Below are positions 48,746-55,134 of a DNA stretch of 55,134 bases, one piece after another. The notes under the pieces were generated by a model. That model did no database searches and was not told the origin of the DNA. It saw only the letters and a program-made list of their open reading frames with translations. The position numbers and the translations under genes were made by a program. Source of the DNA: Chrysochromulina tobinii (Eukaryota); contig JWZX01003349.1 in the NCBI GenBank assembly GCA_001275005.1, forward strand, positions 1 to 55,134, written 5' to 3'. Each line of letters opens with the position of its first letter. The stretch's first letter is position 1.

Positions 48746-51316
48746 ATGACAACCTCGCATCAACTGTGCGACTACTACGCCGAGGTTGGCATCCGTGATC
48801 GGTTGACCCTTGCGGCGCATGGAGCTGGCAGCACTCGAGGAGCATCGAAGCCAGAGGACCTGCTGTTCAGCCGCACTTTTGAGCCTTTGGTGATGCGACG
48901 GCTGCCGAAGACTGACGTGCCCAGAGTGATATTTGCCCCTGAGGTCGCGATGTTCTGCTTCGCGCACGGCGTACGCCTCGTGACCTCGGAGGAAGCAGCC
49001 CTACGTGCGATTCCAGTCGTCACATCTTTCGTGCTCACAACAGCTGACAAGAGCCGCATGTACGGCGCATGCATCGTGTGGTATGAGGAACTTCCAGCTG
49101 AGGTCGTGGCCGCGTACCTCGACGAGGCTGACGGCACAGGTGCTGCGCCTTCTGCTGCTGTCAGCATGGTCGCCGATACAGCTGCCGACATCGAAGCCAC
49201 CGACAGTGCCGAAGCGTTGCATGAGGAAAAGATCAGGAGGCCTACGGTCCATGCGCCTGAGGCGATCTGTCTCCTCAGCCGCGTCGCCGTCTTCGACGCG
49301 CTTATGGACAGCTGCCGCCAGCTCTTCCGTATGCGCCTCTCGAGCCGCGGGCCGCTGCCGGCCGAGGCGCTCGAGGCTTTGCTTCACACGCAGATCCCGC
49401 CCTTCGGCTGCCGCGTCGAGGTGCCTCTCGGCAACGTAAGCGTGTCTGTGGTGACGCCTGCCGCCAATCAACTACCGCACACGAGGGCGGGGCGCGACTT
49501 TCTGCAGCTCTTCCAGGCGCTGGACGCCAACAACGTGATCATGTTGTGGGCCCTACTGCTCACGGAGCAGAAGGTGGTGCTGCAGTGCACGCAGCCGCAT
49601 GTCCTCACGATGGCGGCCGAGACGCTCTCGGCGTTGCTGTTCCCGTTCAGCTGGCAGCACGTGTACATCCCGATCCTCCCGATGCGACTGATCGACATCC
49701 TGCAGGCGCCTGTGCCCTTCCTCGTGGGCATCGACAAGGAGATCCTCGACCTTGCCGAGAGCCAGCGTATGATCCCTGATGACGTCGTCCAAGTAGACCT
49801 GGACACGAATGCCATCATGTGTGCCGCGTCGCTTGCCGCTCGGTTGAACCTTCCACAGCGCCAGTTCCACAAGCTGTACAAGGCGATTGCGCCCTTCTGC
49901 CGGCCACCGAGCGCAGACGTGGCCGGCAGCGACGCCGCACGCGCCTTCCCGATGGCTCCGCCGCCGGACATGGTGCTGGAGGAGAGTGCTTCGCGACTGA
50001 CTCTTGCCGAGATGAGCGAGGAAGCGGCAAACAAAGCCATCACCGTGATCAAAGGAGCCTTCCTCCGCTTTATGGCCTCGATCATGGCCGGCTACCAGGA
50101 GCTCATGATTGTGCCGCCCTCCGAAATCAAGCTGCCCGCCGCGATCGACTTTTTCGACGTCAAGCGCTGGATGGCGCGCTTCAACGGCCCGTGCTCCGAC
50201 TGGCTGTCCATATTTGCCGCGAGCCAATCATTCACGCAGTTCCTCGAGGCGCGCCTTGCGCCGCGCGATGTGCCCGAGCTCGACGTCGTCTTCTTCAACG
50301 AAACGATCGATGCGAAGCTCGCGCGCTCCGCCAAGCACAAGCTGTTTGCCAAGTACAGCACGCCGCTACTCACAACCGGACAGATGGCGGTCGCCGGCTA
50401 CATGGGGCAGCTCGTTCCGACTGCCGCGCGCACTGTGTACAATGCGAGCCTGATTGCCGCTCGCCCTGTGCAATCGCAGCAGCAGGTGGGATTGCTCCTC
50501 GTAATGGGCAGCGGCCTGCAAGAGAACGAGCCCGAGCAAGTCGCGGCGTTCGCTGCAGCGCTCAAGCAGGAGTTCGCCCGGAACCTGCTGTGGAGTCGAG
50601 TCGACGTGAACGCTGCCTTGCTGCCCCACGTGGTGGCCTGGCGGTCGATGGGGGCTGAGCACCATCAACGCTTCAAGCGTTTTGGCGTGGAGAACCTTCC
50701 AGTCCGGCAGACCATGCTCGATATGATGACCTACTCAGACGACGCCTACCGGGAAGAACTTCGCGACTCGCTACGGCAGAGCTTGCGCCGGCTGGCGCAT
50801 GACGGCGGCAGCAGCATGCCTCTCTGTGTTGTCGGCCACGGATTCGGAGCCGTCCTTGCCATCGACTTTTTTGAGGAGCTGCAGCGCGAGGCTGCTGATG
50901 CAGCTTCTCATGCAAAAGAGCTCTCGCCCCTGGAGCGTGGCGAGACACTTGCTGCGCTGTGCACGATGGGTTGCCCAAGGCCTTTGCTGGTGTCAGCCGC
51001 TCCCGATCATGAGAGCCTCACCACAGAGGCCACGCCGGAGGGGCGCAACCTGCTCCAAGTGCCCGCTGCGACGGTGCTCAAGCGCTGGCCTCATCTCCGC
51101 GGGGGCTGGACGAACTTGCACTGCCGCGACGACTGTCTGAGCTACGCGCTGCAGAGCACGCACCCAACAGTGACGTCAGAGGTTGAGTGCCGCCGACGCG
51201 GGAAACGCGATGGGGCAATTCACCACGAGTACTTGAAGCTGCTCGAGGTGCAAACCGCTATTGCCCAGTCGATGTCTGTCGTCTGGCAAGACACGAACAG
51301 GAGTTCGACCACTTGA
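48746..51316 (+). CDS. DENN-domain Rab GEF fused to a C-terminal alpha/beta-hydrolase-like domain
   Basis: uDENN (FCFAHG, FVLTTADKSRMYG), cDENN (LLFPFSWQHVYIPILP, APVPFLVG), dDENN (FAASQSFTQFLE); then VVGHGFG, CTMGCP, WTNL...DDCLSY, HHEY. Confidence 0.9.
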   Translation: MTTSHQLCDYYAEVGIRDRLTLAAHGAGSTRGASKPEDLLFSRTFEPLVMRRLPKTDVPRVIFAPEVAMFCFAHGVRLVTSEEAALRAIPVVTSFVLTTADKSRMYGACIVWYEELPAEVVAAYLDEADGTGAAPSAAVSMVADTAADIEATDSAEALHEEKIRRPTVHAPEAICLLSRVAVFDALMDSCRQLFRMRLSSRGPLPAEALEALLHTQIPPFGCRVEVPLGNVSVSVVTPAANQLPHTRAGRDFLQLFQALDANNVIMLWALLLTEQKVVLQCTQPHVLTMAAETLSALLFPFSWQHVYIPILPMRLIDILQAPVPFLVGIDKEILDLAESQRMIPDDVVQVDLDTNAIMCAASLAARLNLPQRQFHKLYKAIAPFCRPPSADVAGSDAARAFPMAPPPDMVLEESASRLTLAEMSEEAANKAITVIKGAFLRFMASIMAGYQELMIVPPSEIKLPAAIDFFDVKRWMARFNGPCSDWLSIFAASQSFTQFLEARLAPRDVPELDVVFFNETIDAKLARSAKHKLFAKYSTPLLTTGQMAVAGYMGQLVPTAARTVYNASLIAARPVQSQQQVGLLLVMGSGLQENEPEQVAAFAAALKQEFARNLLWSRVDVNAALLPHVVAWRSMGAEHHQRFKRFGVENLPVRQTMLDMMTYSDDAYREELRDSLRQSLRRLAHDGGSSMPLCVVGHGFGAVLAIDFFEELQREAADAASHAKELSPLERGETLAALCTMGCPRPLLVSAAPDHESLTTEATPEGRNLLQVPAATVLKRWPHLRGGWTNLHCRDDCLSYALQSTHPTVTSEVECRRRGKRDGAIHHEYLKLLEVQTAIAQSMSVVWQDTNRSSTT

Positions 51317-51812
51317 CTCAACGAGACACGTGCTGGCCGGGCGGAGGGCGCTGCTGCTGGCGGAATTGGCTGCAGCGTGCGTACGGCGTTCACGTTTACA
51401 GTCGAGCTGTAGGGCCGCGTGTTGCGTGTATTTTATACATGATTTTATAAGTTTTTTGCAAATATATGCTCCGCTCCGACCTCCGTCACGATCGTAATTA
51501 CGTAAAGTACTTGAATTGGGCGCGCGGGGTAATCGTTTGGTTTCAATAAACTATGATAGAAGAGGATTCTTTGCGAAATGCGATGCATCTATTGTCTGCA
51601 AAAACGCTATAATCGAACTACCGTATTCCCGACCGTATTCCTGTCGGTCTGGGTGTGCCCTAACTGTACAAGGGGTGTTGGAATCTGATTGGAATCTGAG
51701 CCGCTGTCCCCATGACTTCACGTAGGAGAAAACGTACCTCCCAGCAGATACATATGGGAGTTATACTATAGAGCACGTCTGAGAGTATTTCGCACCATGG
51801 ACGGTGCCGGAT

Positions 51813-54800
51813 TCACCAGAATGGAACATACGTAAAAGTGGCGTTGTCAGATGTGTACTCTAGTCCGTTGAGTGTCACCTCGACTGTGTTTGGGCCGTCG
51901 ATCCACAAATCTGACCAGCACAAGATCGAATCGAGCATCGCATCATATGTCGCCTGAATGGGCTCCTCATCGTTGATCCTGCACCGATAATCGGTGCCGC
52001 CCATGAACGCAGTTCCCCAGGCTCGGACCAGAACGAAACCATCATTGGGCAGAGTGATCTTGGGTTCAAGCCACGAGTTGAGCTCCCTTTGGGTGCCAGG
52101 CCAGCTCAGCGAGCGCACATGAGGATCAGAGTACCATGAGAAATTGAAACTGTCGGCCGTGTACTGCTGCCCGTTGATGGCCACCTCCAGCTGCGCCAGA
52201 CCTGGCGCAGCTGCCGGAGTCAAGCAGATGATGTGGGTTTCATTGACAAAAGTGACATTGGTAGTCGCATCCCCCCATCGGCACAACTCAACGCCACGCA
52301 GGCTGCTGAGGAAACCAGTGCCAGAGATCGTTACGGGAGTGGACCCGTGAGCAGTGCCACTGGCCGGTACGACGGATAGAATGGCTGGCGGCGAATAGAA
52401 GAGGAACGAACCACGCAAATCGCCTTGGTACTGCTGGCCGTTGAGAGAAATTTCGACCTGCGCGTTCTGCGCGCTCAAGGCGGGCGTCCGGCAACGCAGG
52501 CTCTGCCGTTGCAGCTCCAAAGTCGCCGGCAGAACGTGGTTTCCGATGCGACAGAGGACTGGCCCGAATGCGCTCGTGAGCACACGCCCTGCGACGACGA
52601 CTACAGTACCCCCCGCCGTCGGTCCAGAAGCTGGCGTCATCTGAATGAACTCAAATGCGGGATGGTAGGTGAATATGACCCCCATGCCCGAGCTGAGACG
52701 ATGGCCTGCGATCTGCGTGGATGCGCTGATTGTCATAGGGCCTGCAAAAGTAGAAGGCGGTGTCGAGCAACGAAGCACCTCGAGGGCGCCATCCCAGGTG
52801 CCCTCAATCTCAATGATCCCAACGTTGGTGAAGATGCACTTGACGTGTTCAGTTTGCGCAAGGGCAGCTGGATTAGTCGCACGAAGTGCAATCAGAGTTC
52901 CGCCATCGCCAGGTCCGGCAGTCGGTGAAACCGATCGGAGATGCGGTTCACTCAAGAAGTAGAAGTGTGCTTCGCTTGTTTCGAATTGTTGGCCGTTCAG
53001 GGCGATTTCCACCGGCACAGCGCTGCTGTTCAACAGCGAACCTGCCATGATGTGCACGTCGTCCACCAAGTGGTGGCTGCGAAGCTGCCCACCCGCCACC
53101 GCGAAAAAGCCGAATCGAAAGCCCGTAGACGGGCGCCAACCAGCAAGGTTTGCACTCATCTCCCACGCAGACCCGTCGATCTGTACTGACACACGATCAC
53201 GAAGAACCACCACATTGACTGAGAACCAGTTGCTATCCATATGAAGTACTTGGGTCTCAAGCTCGGCGATAGAGACACCGTTTCGCTCGAGTCGAACGAG
53301 CGACTTGTGCCCATGCTCAAAGTGCGCGCACAGAACGTCCCCACCATTCGGGTCCACATAAGGAGCTGAAAGTGAACCGGCACAAAAGCTAAGTGTCTCA
53401 CCACCATGCGTACCGCGGTCGCCATTCAGAAGAAGAAATGATGCGATGAAGGAAGTGAAGACCCGCGGATCAGCCTCTGGCGAAAACAGAGCGCTATAGC
53501 GGAACAACGAGCTGGTGAGCTCAAAACCACCAAGCACCGATGCAGGAAGAACGCGGGTGCGCGACGTCGGCAGAAAAAGGTCCGGAGGAGAATCGAAAGC
53601 AACTTGAAAGGAAAGGGCCCATGAAACGGCATCAACTCGTGGCGACACGCAGCGCACGCGCGTCTCGTCAATGTAACTTGCGACGGCGACCCCCTCCGAG
53701 AAGGCGCAGAGGGCCTCGACGCGCGCCATGTCCGTGAAGCCGGTGCCGTGGACGGTGACCATCGTCCCGCCCGAAGACGGACCCGACGACACATCAAGGC
53801 TCCGTATTGTCATGTTGTAGAACGTGAATAGAACGCCACTCGAGCTGAAGCTCTCCGAGTTGAGCGACACCTCCACGACCTCCGTGCATGATCCAGCGCC
53901 GCACCGCGACGGCGGCGTTGTGCACACCACGGTGCCGTCGCTCTCGAACGTAGCATACACGACCGCTTCTGGCGAGCCCTCAAAGCGACAACGATAGTCA
54001 CGGCCTGCTGCAAAGCCCACGCCGATCACCGTCAGAGCTGTGCCGCCTGCGCGCGGCCCTGCGCTCGGCACCACGTGCGACACGACCACCGACTCGTAGT
54101 ACACGTACGTCATGCCGCTCCGCGTGAACTGCTGGCCGTTCAGAGACACCTCAACCACTGAGTCGCCAGCAGCTCCTCGCATCGGCGACAGGCATCGCAG
54201 CTCATCGTGCTCGCTCGAGTACGTTGCATTCACCACTGCGACGTCGAAGCGGCAGCGATAGAGGGAACCTCCGCGGAAGCTGCTGCCGCCGATGGCCACG
54301 CTCGTACCGCCAGAAGTTGGCCCTCGCTCAAAGCGCAGGTACGACACGGTCGGCTCCGCGTAGAAGCTGAAACTCGCCGCATCCTCGGAAATCTGCTGCC
54401 CGTTCATGCGCAGTCCCAGCGCAACCACACGCCGCTGGTACGCGCTCCCCGTGCGAATCAACACGTTGTCGACCAGGTGCACGCTATTTTGAGTTGCACC
54501 CGTGCGAGCTCCAAAGCCCATACGCCATGAGTCTGCCGGCGACCAGCCGACAAGCGTGGCGTTCACGACCGCAGCAACGCCGCCTACCTCAACACTGAGG
54601 CCGTCGCTGTTGACTGTCACCATTACAGGAGTGAACCGCTGAGCAAGCTGGTCGAGATCAAAGCTGCTGCGTGCAAGTAGCGCACTCCCATACCACACCT
54701 CAACGAGCTGAGCAGCAAAGAGCAACTGCACAGATACCCCAGAGCGCGCACCTCGCTCACCAAAGTGGGTTGGCGGCAATACTCCGACGTTGAAGCTCAG

Positions 54801-55134
54801 CCCCTCGCCGCCAAGACCGCCACCAATGTAAACGTCAAACTCCGCCACGAACGCCGACAGTGAGCCCAGATCGCCCATCTGAACGATCGCCGAGCCAGTC
54901 TGCCCGTAGTCACCTGCCGTCAGCTGTAGCACCCCATCGATGGCACGAGCGCATCCAGGCGGATGCCCGTATGTCTGCAGCTGCTCTGGGTAGTTTGTGC
55001 CAAAGTCCAAGCTCAACACTGCAGAGGATCCCGCAGCCGAACCGGATGGCGACACGCAGCGCACGCGCGTCTCGTCAATGTAACTTGCGACGGCGACCCC
55101 CTCCGAGAAGGCGCAGAGGGCCTCGACGCGCGCC
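51813..55134 (-). CDS. Large IPT/TIG-repeat protein with ConA/L-type-lectin-like domains; 5' end beyond the window
   Basis: Repeated PxxGPxxGGTxVxxxG...YRCRF...CxTP...VEVSLNGQQF; GGEGLSF...WRMGFGARTG...HLVDNV; the frame is open to the window edge. Confidence 0.9.
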   Translation of the reverse strand, partial: ARVEALCAFSEGVAVASYIDETRVRCVSPSGSAAGSSAVLSLDFGTNYPEQLQTYGHPPGCARAIDGVLQLTAGDYGQTGSAIVQMGDLGSLSAFVAEFDVYIGGGLGGEGLSFNVGVLPPTHFGERGARSGVSVQLLFAAQLVEVWYGSALLARSSFDLDQLAQRFTPVMVTVNSDGLSVEVGGVAAVVNATLVGWSPADSWRMGFGARTGATQNSVHLVDNVLIRTGSAYQRRVVALGLRMNGQQISEDAASFSFYAEPTVSYLRFERGPTSGGTSVAIGGSSFRGGSLYRCRFDVAVVNATYSSEHDELRCLSPMRGAAGDSVVEVSLNGQQFTRSGMTYVYYESVVVSHVVPSAGPRAGGTALTVIGVGFAAGRDYRCRFEGSPEAVVYATFESDGTVVCTTPPSRCGAGSCTEVVEVSLNSESFSSSGVLFTFYNMTIRSLDVSSGPSSGGTMVTVHGTGFTDMARVEALCAFSEGVAVASYIDETRVRCVSPRVDAVSWALSFQVAFDSPPDLFLPTSRTRVLPASVLGGFELTSSLFRYSALFSPEADPRVFTSFIASFLLLNGDRGTHGGETLSFCAGSLSAPYVDPNGGDVLCAHFEHGHKSLVRLERNGVSIAELETQVLHMDSNWFSVNVVVLRDRVSVQIDGSAWEMSANLAGWRPSTGFRFGFFAVAGGQLRSHHLVDDVHIMAGSLLNSSAVPVEIALNGQQFETSEAHFYFLSEPHLRSVSPTAGPGDGGTLIALRATNPAALAQTEHVKCIFTNVGIIEIEGTWDGALEVLRCSTPPSTFAGPMTISASTQIAGHRLSSGMGVIFTYHPAFEFIQMTPASGPTAGGTVVVVAGRVLTSAFGPVLCRIGNHVLPATLELQRQSLRCRTPALSAQNAQVEISLNGQQYQGDLRGSFLFYSPPAILSVVPASGTAHGSTPVTISGTGFLSSLRGVELCRWGDATTNVTFVNETHIICLTPAAAPGLAQLEVAINGQQYTADSFNFSWYSDPHVRSLSWPGTQRELNSWLEPKITLPNDGFVLVRAWGTAFMGGTDYRCRINDEEPIQATYDAMLDSILCWSDLWIDGPNTVEVTLNGLEYTSDNATFTYVPFW
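53640..55134. repeat. Identical 88-nt direct repeat (53640-53727 and 55047-55134, the second truncated by the window end)
   Basis: Base-for-base identity; offset 1407 nt (469 codons). Confidence 0.95.

Overview
Gene-dense, GC-rich, intron-poor eukaryotic nuclear DNA with about 29 protein-coding genes in 55 kb. The compactness, signal-plus-transit-like leaders, and EF-hand and IPT/TIG proteins suggest a haptophyte-like microalga. This is an inference and cannot be proven from this window. Recognisable genes: ETF-QO, an RCC1-repeat protein, a nucleoplasmin-like chaperone, a TPR + PHD-type 2OG oxygenase, GPN3, a ThiV/SSSP-like Na+:solute symporter (one GT-AG intron), an ABC1 kinase, an SGNH/PC-esterase, a tandem double imidazoleglycerol-phosphate dehydratase (IGPD), a Sfi1-like/PDZ protein with a recent 672-bp duplication, NSRP1, a Puf4/5-type Pumilio protein, an EF-hand protein, EFTUD2, V-ATPase H, MED27, a zf-DNL protein, an SCCPDH-like reductase, a DENN/pseudo-hydrolase fusion and a truncated IPT/TIG-lectin surface protein. 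The most striking observation is the two-module IGPD, whose halves have lost exactly complementary sets of catalytic residues, suggesting a fused pseudo-heterodimer. Three genes carry single-base frameshifts in homopolymers, probably assembly errors. No rRNA, tRNA, CRISPR array or autonomous transposon was seen.
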